Source: Balamuthia mandrillaris
Lineage: Eukaryota
Length of the DNA stretch: 64,000 nucleotides
Assembly: GCA_031835245.2 (NCBI GenBank)
Contig: JAVKOQ020000048.1
Coordinates: 62,001-126,000 of the forward strand
Reading direction: 5' to 3'
The position numbers were made by a program, and so were the translations under genes. Shown here one piece after another: positions 1-11,432 of the stretch. The notes below the pieces were generated by a model. The model ran no database searches and was not told the origin of the DNA. It saw only the letters and a list, made by a program, of their open reading frames with translations. Every line of letters starts with the position of its first letter. The stretch's first letter is position 1.

Positions 1-833
1 CGCTTCACCACGGCACGCTCAAAGGTCTCTCTCACTCGGTCCAGGAGAGCGGTGCCATCGGAGGCGGTCGGAGGGGCAGGAGTGTAGTCCAGGTTCCACC
101 AAATGGGCTCGAAGTAGCGCTGCAGGCCGGTCTCGGGGGTGTAGTAGTGGCCAGGGGGGAACCAGCTGAACTCATCGCAGTCGTCCTGGAGGGCCTTCAT
201 CTCGGAGGCAATCCAGATGGCGCCGTCCGTGCGCCCTTTGCCCATGTAGAGGGAGGTGATGCCGATGGGATCGCGCGCCGCCAGAAAGGTGCCCTTCTCC
301 CGATCAGAGAGCACAAAGGAGAACATGCCGTCCAGCATGGACGCCAGCTCTTTGCCATAGCATTCATACTTTGTAGTGACAAAAAAGAAGAAGCGGAGAG
401 AACGAAAGTGGGTTGGCAATCAGTTGCACGATCGAGAGAGCACTGACGGAGAGAGAAGAGAGAAGAGAGAAGAGAGAAGAGAGAAGAGAGAAGAACAGAA
501 AGTTACCAAAGGAATGATGACTTCGCAGTCCGACTGAGTGGACCATTGGTAGTCCTTGTGCTCGGCCTTGATCTTCTCTCTCAGCTGCTTGTGGTTGTAG
601 ATCTCTCCGTTGACGGTGAGCACCAGGTTGCCGTCCTTGCTCCTCAAGGGCTGCGCCCCGCCGGCGGGGTCCACGATGGAGAGCCTCTCGTGGCAGAGCA
701 CGCGCCCCTCCTCGGCCACGATGCCGTTCCAGTCGGGGCCTCTGTGCCGCTGCAGCTTGGACTTTTGCAGCGCTTTCTTCCGCAGCGTTTGGAGGTCCTC
801 CTGACTGCCCAAGATCGCAAGTATGCCGCACAT
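1..833 (-). CDS. ASNS: Glutamine-hydrolysing asparagine synthetase, 5' part (runs off window start)
   Basis: ATG at 833 gives MCGILAIL (Ntn amidotransferase Cys1), then RHRGPD, HERLSIVD, VNGEIYNH and SDCEVI. Removing intron 506-369 joins IIPL to YECYGKELASMLDGMFSF. Confidence 0.95.
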
Positions 834-1393
834 CCTTCTTCTTTTTTTTTTTTTTTCCCTGTTTTGAAGGAGTGTGTGTTGGATGGAGAGCGAGTGAGTG
901 AGCGAGTGAGTGAGGAAGCGGGGTTGGTTTGTGTGTGGTGATGAAAAGAAAGAAAAGAAAAGAAGAGCAGAGGAGATAAATGTTTGACAGTGAAAGTAGT
1001 ATTGGGCGCCGCTCACCTTGTCAAAGGGTCGCCCCCCCCCCCTCCCACTCTCTCTCTTCCCTCTTTTTTTTTTTTCTTTACGCCAATTCTGGCGAAGGAA
1101 TTCATTGCCTTTTCTGCAGAATTTTTAAGGTGGGTTGCCCACTAGGTGTGCGCAGAGGATGAAATTTCGGTAGTTCCCACCAATCCCTAGGCCTGCTTTG
1201 ATTCTGCGATATTTCTCGGTAGTTTCATTCGCAAAATTCCGGCGAATTAAATTTCTGCAGGAACAAGAACAATACCGGGGTTCGAACCGAAGGCAACGGT
1301 TGTGTCGACAATGGAATCATCATGACGACGTGTGTTAGTCGACATAAATTACAAACTTTGGTTCAGCGATCAAAACTGTGGCAGAGAGGCAAG

Positions 1394-1806
1394 ATGGAGG
1401 CGAGAGAGGCCGTGCCGGCGGAAGATCTCAACCCAAATGGAACTTGTAAAGGAATAGGAGAAGGTGAACCCCGTTCTCTATCCCATCCCTGTTTTTCCTT
1501 TCAATTTTTTTTTGAAAAAAAAAAACGAAACAAAAAACAGGTAGCGAGCTGCAGAGTTACATCAGTAAAATAGAGACGCAATCCGATGTAACCAAAGTGG
1601 ACCTGTGCAAGCAAATGCTGGTTTGTGTTTGTTTAAACTTTGGTGTTTTACTCCCTGCCTCTAACGTTCCGCATGATAGGGTCCTGAAGGAACGCACGCT
1701 CTCATGAGTAGCCTAAAGTTTAATACCACTGTTGAAAGGTACCTCTGTCCTCTTACTTGTTCTTCTTTATGCTCTTGTTCTTCTTGTGTTCTTTTCCTTA
1801 CTCTTC

Positions 1807-1846
<40 letters not shown>

Positions 1847-3121
1847 ACGTCCTCTCCTCCTCTTCTCTTTACATTCTTCTTAACTATGTCCTTTTGTTAG
1901 TGTGTTATTGGGAGCTGATGAAATTGGACCCGAAGGAGCTCAAGTATGCTGTCCTTCTTTTTCTTCTTGTTCTTGTTCTTGTTCTTGTTCTTGTTCTTGT
2001 TCTTGTTCTTGTTCTTGTTCTTGTTCTTGTTCTTCTTCTTCTTGTTCTTCTTGTTCTTGTTCTTGTTCTTCTTCTTCTTCTTCTTCTTCTTCTTCTTCTC
2101 CTTCTTCTCCTTCTTCTCCTTCTTCTTCTGCTTCTTCTGCTTCTTCTGCTTCTGCTTCTGCTTCTGCTTCTGCTTCTGCTTCTGTTTCTTCTTCTTCAAA
2201 ATTATTCTTCTTCGGCTTTTCTTTTTCTTCTGTTTCAATAATATGAAAAACGAAACAACTCCAAACAAAAAAGGCTGTATTGGAAGCTTTGAAGACAAAC
2301 AAAACGCTGGAAACTGTATTTCTGGGCTGCAATGGAATCGGCGAGCAAGGAGCCGCCGCCATTGCTGAAGCCCTTCAGGTCAACACCACTGTGAAGGGTT
2401 ACTGGCTCAAAAGAAACCAAATCGGTGCTTCCGGTCTTCAGGTTTGTGTTTTATCTGCGTTTTGCATAAAGGAACGAAATGATTTGTCTAACTCAATTGA
2501 CTAAAGAAAATATTGACTGCTCTGGAAAAGAACTCGACTGTAACAACAGTACATCATTTCATTCTCCCTTCTTGCGTTTCTTTCTTTTCATCCTTCTATC
2601 TGCTTTTAAATTATTCTAACTAACCGCCTTATAGCTGGATTTGGTACAAAATGACCTCGGTGTTGCCGGAGCCAAAATGCTTGAAAAGGCGTTCGGCTCC
2701 TCTTCTACCAACAGCAGCATAAAATATTTGTACCTGAGTGGTAATGGCTTTGGAGAGGAAGGCACCACCGCCATAGCCGACATGGTGCGAGCCAACTCTT
2801 CTCTGAGCAGCCTCTACTTTGACGTGAATAACTGTGGGGATGAGGGCGCTGTGGCACTGGCTTCCGCTTTGTCCACTAACACCACTTTGAAGGCTTTGAC
2901 CCTCGCCAGTAATGGCATTACTGATAAAGGATGCACAGCTCTTGCCGAGGCTCTTTCGGTTCTCTCTCTCTCTCTCTTGCCCTTTTTCTTCAACATGCAT
3001 TGCACTGACTTTCCCGAATATAATAATATCAAAGAACAATTCGACGCTGGTTCGACTTAGCTTGGGCTTTGCCAACAGGTTAATATTCGATGTTTTCTCA
3101 CTCTTCTTCACTCACATTCTC

Positions 3122-3167
<46 letters not shown>

Positions 3168-4307
3168 CTCCTATTGTGTAGCACACGTATATTACAAGGC
3201 CAAAAGAATTCCGTGTCTGACATTGGAGCAAGTACATATTCTTTCGTCCACTTTTTTTTTACGAGTTTGCTCACCTCTCTTTTTTCCCTAACAGTCGCAC
3301 TGGCCAACGCTTTGCGACAGAACAAGACCCTAGTTTCTTTGGACCTGACTAACAACAACATTGGCAATGACGGTTATCTCGCTTTGGCCGAAGCGCTTCA
3401 ACAAAACAAGTACATAACTCTCCCTTTTCATTCCCTTTGTTTGCACATAATGTCAACCATTGCTTTATCTCCAACAGTACATTGAAGCAATTAATTCTTC
3501 CTCGCAACAACATTCCTTCTCAAGCTGTCCTGCAAACCTTCATCTCTGCTCTGAAGGACCACAACAATCAAACCTTGGTTCATTTAGACTTGAGCGCCTC
3601 CTCCAACACAACACCAAAGAGCAAGAAAAAGAGTGCAACTCTCAGGCAACTCGAAGCGCTGCTACAGCGCAACTCCAAAGCTGCCGGAGGAAAGCCTATC
3701 TTTAACCTTCCTCCAGAACGGGTCAAAGAGCTGCAACACATTCGCTCTGGCTATCGAACGCCCTCCAAGAAGGAGTTGGAAAAGAAGTTAGCAGCGGAGG
3801 CAGCTGCTGAAAACGAGAAGAGTGCTACGACTACCGATGCTTCTGTTTCGGAAAAGGCGTTCTCCAGCAATGAGATAAGAAAGCTGCGAAAGAAGGTTTG
3901 TATATTTTTGTTTTCGTTTGATAATTGTCTGGTTTTTTTTGTTACTTATTATGTTTCACTTTCATAAATAGTTGAGAGAGATAAGCGACTTGGAAAAGTT
4001 ATCCGCCTCCAAGCTCAAGCCACAACAAAGAAAGAAGCTGGCCAAGAAGGCAGAGATGGAACAACGTCTCGCCCAAGCCCTCAAAGCGCGATGCCAACCT
4101 CAAACACCCGATGCACAAACACAGGCTCAAATCCTTGCCACGAGGAGGCGCTTGGCTCAGATCGAAAGGTTGCTGCAGAACCGGGAGAAGGGCCTGGCCT
4201 TGAATGAAAAAGAATTGCAAAAGATAGAGAAGAAGCAGATGCTGGAGACCAAGTTGGTTCAGCTGACCTCTTCTTGCTCCTCTTCCTTGGAACAGCAGCA
4301 ACATTGA
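1394..4307 (+). CDS. RNI-like leucine-rich repeat protein with basic C-terminal helical repeats (multi-exon)
   Basis: Repeated LxxNxxLxxLxLxxNxIGxxGAxALAxAL units across exons at 2280-3420. C-terminal exons lie at 3480-4307. The start codon is approximate. Confidence 0.85.
1953..2196 (+). repeat. Compound (CTT/GTT/CTG)n microsatellite in an intron of the LRR gene
   Basis: Visible trinucleotide array. Confidence 0.95.
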
Positions 4308-4963
4308 TTGAATGTTGAATATTCATGAACCGGGATGAGGATATAACAGCTTCACGGCTGTGGAACGGTGACGGCTTTTTTAGTCTTTTTTAACGTATTA
4401 TTTTTGTCCTCCCAAAGATAAAGTGTTGTTGGATTGAAGATAAAGAAGGAGAGAGCCCTGGATGCTGCAAAGAACACCATCAAGATATTTTATTGTTCTT
4501 GCGATAACAGGCGAGAAGGCAAGCCAGAAGCCAACAAAGGCTCTGCAAATTTTTCTCGGGGATATACTCAAATTTTTCTCATCATCGAGTTCTCCACTAT
4601 CGTCATCTGCAAGAGCATCCACCGGAATGTTATACCAATCCCTATTCCCTTTCCCCCTTTCTTTCTCGTCGCTTTCTTCTTGTTCTTCTTCTGCCTCTTC
4701 GGCCTCTACTGCTTTTGTGTTGCCGCTGGGTGGAACAAAATCGGATCCGTTACATCATTAGGAACGAAAAAAAGTTAAATAATGTCAATTAATTCCTAGA
4801 AAATTTTTCAAAATAATCCGGTGTCGACATGAAACTTGATTCTGTGCTCGTCGGCGGCAGAGATTGCGCAGGGAAGCTCGCATAGGCGTTAAATGGCTGA
4901 AAAGAAATGGCAACAAGCGGGAGAGGTAAATAAAATAACAAAGTGAAATGTCAATCCATTGAA

Positions 4964-5119
4964 ACAACTTTCAACAACGGATATCTTGGTTCTCGCAAGG
5001 ATGAAGAACGCAGCGAAATGCGATATGTAATGTGAATTGCAGAAATCAGTGAATCATCAAATCTTTGAACGCAAATGGCGCCTTTGGAGTTCCCAAAGGC
5101 ACGTCTGTCTGAGTGTCGT
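4964..5119 (+). rRNA. Isolated 5.8S rRNA copy with short ITS1/ITS2 flanks (matching block 4914-5137)
   Basis: AACTTTCAACAACGGATATCTTGG...GATGAAGAACGCAGCGAAATGCGAT...TGTCTGAGTGTCG. Near-identical to the reverse complement of ~27619-27843. Confidence 0.93.
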
Positions 5120-5329
5120 TCTTCCTTTCAATCCTCAAGGGTAAAAAGGGCAGCATATTAGTCCCAGCGTTTCCCTGCTGCTTTTAGCGGCGAAGATTAA
5201 GTGCCGACATGGACCACCGGCCAAACCAAACCGTTGCGCGTTGGTCAAACGGCTAAAAAGGAGAGAGAATAACGGTTGGAAACAGAAAGCCGGAAGACAA
5301 AGAGAGAGAGGAGGCGGCGAATATAAAGT

Positions 5330-7309
5330 ATGGAAGTGGAGGACGTTGTTATACAGAGACGGAGGGCCGCGTTCCTTGCCCCAGGCCACAAGCGTTCCTC
5401 GAAATCAATGCCAAACATCTCCTGGGAACGGCATTCTATGGTTGCAATCTCTTCTTCCCCAAAGGAGAACGAAAAAGGCGATCCTCGCAAACCGCTTCAA
5501 CATCGTGATGAAGAAGGCGTCATTGCTTCTTCTTCTTCTTCTTCTTCTTCTTCTTCTTCTTCTGTTCCTTTTCAATTGAAAAAAGTTGACATGAAGGAAC
5601 GTGAGGATCAACACCAAACCCCAACAACGATGACGGTGACCTTTGAGGAACGAAAACGAACAGCCACATCTGTTTCCGCTGCTTCTTCTTCTCCTTCTCC
5701 TGCTCCTTCTCCTTCACTTTCCTCAGAATTAGACATGAAAGAAGAACATAAAGAGGACAACAGCAAAAGACGCAAAGAACGAAGAAAAAGCACGAGCTAC
5801 GTGTATGCCACCCTTCGCAAGACCACCTCCTTGTTCGCCGCCAACAGCAACGTAAACAACAATAAGGACGCCCACTCCACCACAGAGGAAGCGGAGGGGG
5901 AAGCGTTGACGGTGGCCGCAGCGACGACAGCCAAAAGGGAGAAGAAAGAGAGGAAGGGAGAATACAATGGTAAAAGAAAGACTGCAGAGGAAGGAGGGGG
6001 CAAGAGACTGCTCTCCTTGAGAGAGAAAGATTATCGAAAGAATCTTTTGCCTCCCGAAGTGCGGTTTCTAAACGAGAGGAGTAAACGGGGAGAGGAGAAC
6101 GACCAGCAGCAACACGTCTTCGCCGCCACCACTTCTATCATCGGCAAAGACCTCGGAGCTTTCCTCTCACCACGTTCTCCTACCTCATCTTCTTCCTCAT
6201 CCTCCCTCACCTTTATTCATCACCTTCACCAGCTTCCACCTCATTCTCATCACAAAAACGTAAGTGGAGGCGGAGGCACCAAGCTCTTTGGCAGTTCGTT
6301 GGATCGTCTCATGAGGCTGCAACAGGAGACGCATCCACAGCTTGAGATCCCTCTTGTGCTGCAGCTGCTCATCCACCAGTTCTTCAAGATGGATGGGCAT
6401 CGCACGCATGGCATCTTTCGCATTCCTGGCAACAACGAGGTGGAGAAGAGGGTCCGGAAAGAGCTCAACCGCCACAACTATGACTGCTTTGAGAGGGTGG
6501 AGGGAGTGACGATCTACGTGGTGGCTAACACGCTCAAGACTTGGTTGCGTGAGCTGCCGGAGCCGTTAATCTCTCCCAAGTTTTACGAACAGTGCGTGGA
6601 ACTCGCCAAACTTTCCATTGCATCCTCTACTTCTTCGTCTGCTTCATCAATACCTGCTTCATCTCTACCTTCCATCGCCTCGTCCTTAACGTCGTCAATT
6701 CTTGCTTCCTCTTCTTCCCCCTGTCTTCGTCACAGTGTAAACACAACATTAACCACAACTACGGCCATTGCCTCAACGTCCTCCGCTGGTTTGTTATTAT
6801 CCAGCTTCCTTTCTTCGGAAGAGCAGCTCTCACACACCGCTTTCGGGGTGCGGGAGTCGGAGAGAATGCTTCGCCTTTTGCCAGAGACCAACCGCAAAGT
6901 GATCGCCTACCTATTGGACTTTCTCAAGACCATCTCCATGCCAAAGTACGCTCAGGTCACGCAGATGGGGGCGAGCAACCTAGCCACCGCTTTCGCTCCT
7001 CTCTTCCTGCGATGCCCAGACACAACGAGGCTGCTCCTGAACGCTCCGCTGGAAGTAAAGTTTATGCAAAACCTGATCGTTGGGTCGATTCCGTTCTCAC
7101 CGAATCTGCCTCCTCCGTCTTCTTCTTCACCTTCTGCTCTTCATTCGGCTTCTTCTTCGTCGCCTATCACTAATTTTATAACATTGCCAGTTGCAGCAAC
7201 TCCAATGGAAGAGGATGATGTTCATCCAGAAGTAGATCCACTATTGTGCAACGATGATCATCATCATCATAGCGATGATGCTCATCCTTCTTCCTCTGCT
7301 TCTTCATAG
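5330..7309 (+). CDS. RhoGAP domain protein (intronless ORF, Ser-rich)
   Basis: LFGSSL, IPLVL, GIFRIPG (Arg finger), LKTWLRELPEPL and MGASNLATAFAPLFLR motifs. Confidence 0.93.
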   Translation: MEVEDVVIQRRRAAFLAPGHKRSSKSMPNISWERHSMVAISSSPKENEKGDPRKPLQHRDEEGVIASSSSSSSSSSSSVPFQLKKVDMKEREDQHQTPTTMTVTFEERKRTATSVSAASSSPSPAPSPSLSSELDMKEEHKEDNSKRRKERRKSTSYVYATLRKTTSLFAANSNVNNNKDAHSTTEEAEGEALTVAAATTAKREKKERKGEYNGKRKTAEEGGGKRLLSLREKDYRKNLLPPEVRFLNERSKRGEENDQQQHVFAATTSIIGKDLGAFLSPRSPTSSSSSSSLTFIHHLHQLPPHSHHKNVSGGGGTKLFGSSLDRLMRLQQETHPQLEIPLVLQLLIHQFFKMDGHRTHGIFRIPGNNEVEKRVRKELNRHNYDCFERVEGVTIYVVANTLKTWLRELPEPLISPKFYEQCVELAKLSIASSTSSSASSIPASSLPSIASSLTSSILASSSSPCLRHSVNTTLTTTTAIASTSSAGLLLSSFLSSEEQLSHTAFGVRESERMLRLLPETNRKVIAYLLDFLKTISMPKYAQVTQMGASNLATAFAPLFLRCPDTTRLLLNAPLEVKFMQNLIVGSIPFSPNLPPPSSSSPSALHSASSSSPITNFITLPVAATPMEEDDVHPEVDPLLCNDDHHHHSDDAHPSSSASS

Positions 7310-7658
7310 ACAGTCTTGCACAGCACGCCGAGTTGACGTTTGTAAATAGATAGAAGGAACAATGATAGAGCAATGCTCTTGGCTGATTCTCATGTCCATG
7401 AAACAAACTCCTCTTTGCTGCCAAGATCAACGCGTAACAAAGACGACAACAAGGCACTTATCAAAGCATCCATATCGTGCACTCTTCTTGTAGCCACCTT
7501 CTTTACTTGGCAAATTCCTTCCCTTGGAGAGCGGCTTCAAATTGTCCAAGTTGAATAAATAAGCGGAACCACACACAAACTAGCCCAAAAATACGTATTG
7601 TCGTTGTTTTTGGTTGTCCTTAGATCTTGTGGTCTTTGCGCCGCCGCCGCATATTGAC

Positions 7659-9043
7659 TTAGTGCGGGTGAGCGACCAAGCGAGCCATTTCCAACGCACC
7701 AATAATGCCAGCGTTCTCGTTGTATGGCGAACGAATGATGTACTCGTCAATGTTCTCTGCAAAAAAAAAACCATTCAAACCAAATGAGAGAGAAGTTGGT
7801 GAGTCTCTTTTGTCCGCTTGTTGCTCTTCGGCCCTTCTCTCTTTATATTACCTGTAATGGCTTTAACTTTGATGTAGCCGTTCAATAAGCGAACGACGTG
7901 CCTCCTGATGATTGGAAACAAGGCCTTGCGCTGCATGACACCTCCTCCAAACACGATGAGCTCTGGTGAGACCGTCAGCACCAATGTCACGCACAACTGC
8001 GCCAAGTAGAAGCCAACGCTTTCCCACACCGGGCTCGAGTCCGGCACATCGGCCAGTTGATCCTTGCGGCAGTCCAACCGCTTGGCCAGCGCCCCTGTGG
8101 CCACCATCCCCTCCAAGCAGCCCTTGTGGAAAGGACACGTGCCGCCTTGTGCGTGGAACTCATCTCCTGCATGTTGTGGCACACTGTCGTATTTAAGTGT
8201 GAGAATAAAGAAGCGAGAATCAGGAGAAGAGAAGCAGAGAAAAAGAGCAACTATAGAGAGTAGAGAACGAGAACTAAAGACAGAGGACAGAAGAGCAGAG
8301 AGGAGTGTACTAAATGTGGCCCATTTCAGGGTGAAGCACGCCATGGACAGCATTCCCCTCGGCGATGATGCCAACGCCAACGCCAGTGCCAACGGTAACA
8401 TAGGCCACCGTCCTATGGCCATCCCTGGCGCCCTCCGCAATGGCAGCGCCATTGACGTCCGTGTCAAAGGCCTTTGGGCAATTGAAACCTTTGAATGCAC
8501 CCAACACGTCCGTCTGCGCCCAGTTTGGCTTGGGAGTGGTCGTGATGTAGCCATATCTGATGTGCCGTTGAAACCCAAAGCCAAGGCCAAAGTGAGACCA
8601 AGAAGAAAAAAGAAGAGAGAGGGGAAAAAAAACAACAATTCAGAAAGGACTCAGCAAAGCATACGTTTCGCTCTTGGGGTCAAGATCAACGGGTCCAAAG
8701 GAAGCGATGCCAAGAGCGTCGTAGGAGCGGCCGGACTCCTCCTCCCTGGCTTTCAACCACTGGGCCACGGTGGTGAGGGTCTCCTCGGGGGTGGTCGTTG
8801 GAAAGGACTGCCTGTGGACGATGTTTTGGGGCGTGCCCTCTGCCACCGCCGCCACGAAAGATGTCCCGCTTGTCAATTGCAATTATAAAACGCATCAGTT
8901 TCCAATCAAATCCTTCTCTCACACAAAAGTGGATGGAATTTTGGGCATGCACCACTGCTGAAAAAGCGGTTCAGCAGGAGCCATGAAACGATGACTTACC
9001 CGGCTTCAACGCCAGCCAGCAACAAGCCGCTGCTCCCTTCCAT
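7659..9043 (-). CDS. ROK-family fructokinase-like sugar kinase (multi-exon)
   Basis: Spliced LAGVEAGGTSF, GIASFGPVDL, FDTDVNGAA, YVTVGTGVGVG, HPEMGHI, CPFHKGCLEG, IVFGGGVM and NAGIIGA. Confidence 0.92.
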
Positions 9044-9216
9044 CTTTTGCTTATTTTTTTATGGTTTAAAATTGCCTGCAACGAGCATCGAACCAACGAC
9101 CGGCGAACGAGATTTTCTGTTCCCAAAAAAAGTGCAACCATCCCGCGTCGAACCGACGACGGCCAAGCGGCCACAAAAATATAAATAAAACGATAAAGAA
9201 AAAAAAAACATAAGAG

Positions 9217-10005
9217 ATGAAACGCGAGGAGCAGCAGGTGGAGAAACGGCAGGAGAAGTACTCGTTGTGGCTGTGCCCGGAGGCCTCGTCCAAAGTGTTT
9301 CAGCTGCTGGCACGCACCATCACCGCCCTCGGACAAGACATAAAGCAACGACAGGAGCCTGAGATTGCAGAAGAGCGGCCAGCTCAGCGAGAAGCACACG
9401 AAGAGGAGGAGCTTGATGAAGAAGGACCGCTCTTCTCGGGCCATGTGACGCTGCTGGGCTCTCTCTATGATGAAAAGGGCGGCAAGAACGTTATAGAGAG
9501 GACCAAAGAGCTTGCCCAGCAGTGCGCCCCGTTCCAAGTCACCATGTCAGAGCTGGGCGCCGAGTCACTCTACTACCGCTGCGTTATGGCCTATACTGAA
9601 CACTCTCCACAAGTTTGCTTTCTCTCGCTCTCTGCTTCTCTTTCCTCTCGTTCTTTTTCAAGTAACGTTTCATTTCTTTTTTTTTCTCCTCGCTGCCCTG
9701 AAACCAAGTTGATGGAAGCGCATGAGAAAGCCAAAGCCGTGTTTCACAGAGGAGAAGGAGAAAAAGAGCAACAACCGTACTCGCCACACATAAGTTTGGC
9801 CTATGCCACGCTGCGGGGGCTTCCGTTGGAGGATAGACTAGAAATGGTGTCGAGGTTGCAGAAGGAGGGAACCCTCACCCCACAGAGCGTTTGCTTCAGG
9901 GTGGGTAGCGTTCAGATCTGGAAGACGTCCGGCCCTGTTCGCGGGTGGTATAAGTTGGAGGAGTTTCCTCTGGTTGGTTCTTCTGATGAAGAACAACGTG
10001 ACTAG
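9217..10005 (+). CDS. 2H phosphoesterase, 2',3'-cyclic-nucleotide phosphodiesterase (CPD1-like); one in-frame intron ~9613-9708
   Basis: YSLWLCP, the two HxT/S motifs GHVTL and PHISLAY, and the C-terminal QIWKTSGPVRGW. Confidence 0.88.
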   Translation: MKREEQQVEKRQEKYSLWLCPEASSKVFQLLARTITALGQDIKQRQEPEIAEERPAQREAHEEEELDEEGPLFSGHVTLLGSLYDEKGGKNVIERTKELAQQCAPFQVTMSELGAESLYYRCVMAYTEHSPQVCFLSLSASLSSRSFSSNVSFLFFSPRCPETKLMEAHEKAKAVFHRGEGEKEQQPYSPHISLAYATLRGLPLEDRLEMVSRLQKEGTLTPQSVCFRVGSVQIWKTSGPVRGWYKLEEFPLVGSSDEEQRD

Positions 10006-10079
10006 AGCATTCAGTCTTCGTTATTCGCTCCACATTTTTCGTTCTTCATCTTCATTCTTCACTCTCCATGCTTCCTTCT

Positions 10080-11231
10080 TCAGCTTTCGTTATGTGTCAT
10101 GTACGAAGCAAGTATGGCAGTGAGTCGCCGTTTCGTTTCGTTTTTCATGTTCTTCATGTCCACGTTGACCACAGCAAACTTGCTTTCCTGAATACAACCG
10201 ATTTCTTGATCAAAGATGACTGTCAACCTCCATTCCAACTGGAAATCCTCCTTCAAGCCTTGTTCTCGTTTCATGGTTCTAACCTCCACACAACCTGATA
10301 CGAAACAAAAAGACAACGCGTAAGCAATTATTATCGTTCTCTTTTCCTCTCTGAGTCTCTCTTTTCGCTGTTCTCTCTCTCTCTCTCTTCTGTTTCTATT
10401 TTCTCTGCTTCTCTATGTTCTTCTTGTTTGGATAGGCAACTTACTTGGGTGAAACAGGAAGGAGGTACTCCAACCGCCAGGGCAATCTTTTGTCAAAAAC
10501 TCCATTCCAAGCACCATTTTAAGCTCTGTGCTGCACGGTGCAATATGTCCTGTACCAAGAGCAGAACGGAGATAAGAACGTGTTTCTTCTCTCGCTCTTC
10601 TCTCTCTGCAGTTCCTACCTTGAGTGCACGTCCGTAAGAGGCGGCCGACTTTACTCTCGAATCCAACTACGCCTTCCAAAAGCTCTGTGGTCAACATCTC
10701 CTCCTCCACCCCATTCTTCGTGTTCAGCTCTCCCTCCTTTTCCGTTTGGAACAAGAGCAAGTTTTCGTATATATTTTTCTCTGCGTCTTCTTCCTCTTTT
10801 TCTTCCTCTTCGTCTCCTTGCTTCTCTTCTTTGCCGTGGTTCGTCTCCTCGTCGGCCTGCAGCTCCCATCCCACTTCTCGGGAGGCCCGAAGCGCTTGGA
10901 CTTGTTCCGCCAGGCAGAAGAGCAGCTCAAGGAGTTGTTTCATGGCGTTCCCTTCTTTGAGCAGCAGCGGGGAGGTCCCCCCAACCTCATAAACTTGAAC
11001 CATGGGCACCAAGCGAGGCAGATCTTTGGCCATCTGCCTCACCAGCGCCGCGGGTGGCCTGTTCCATTTCTCCACCACCTCTTCGGCCAATCGTTGGCTC
11101 CAATTGGGAGGACTGCTCGAGGTTGTCCCTGAATGAGGAGGCGTAGACGTTGTCGTTGTTTCGCTCGTGCCCCCAACCACACAACAGCACAACAGCCCTT
11201 TGTTCGTCGCTTCCGCTATCTTTTGCCACAT
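10080..11231 (-). CDS. Hypothetical protein (2 exons)
   Basis: 272-aa ORF with ATG at 11231. A GTAAGT donor near 10445 and a second exon (VEVRTMKREQ...FQLEWRLTVIFD) run to the stop at 10080. Confidence 0.6.
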
Positions 11232-11432
11232 CTTTTCTCCTCTTTTCTTTTTCTTTCTATTATTAATACCAGAGTAATTACTACTACGTCAAAGCACAAG
11301 AGGAGCACGAAATATTTTCGTGTCGTCATGAAATTAGCAAGTCTCAACCGTGACGGTTAGCGTTTATCGTGACGTCATGAAACACCATTTGTTAGGGTGT
11401 TAATTAAGCTGATCTGTGACGACACGACATGT

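Noticed and set aside
1279..1288. GGTTCGAACC B-box/T-loop-like motif suggesting a tRNA
   Set aside because: No acceptor stem, D-arm or anticodon arm could be folded on either strand.
1732..2368. Long poly-L/K/E/F/S ORFs (similarly at 11624-11890, 15386-15888, 45132-45719 and 47606-47964)
   Set aside because: These are translations of stop-free microsatellites in introns or UTRs.
4398..4760. Acidic minus-strand reading frame between the LRR gene and the orphan 5.8S
   Set aside because: No in-frame ATG or recognisable motif. It may be a fragment, but I cannot support it.
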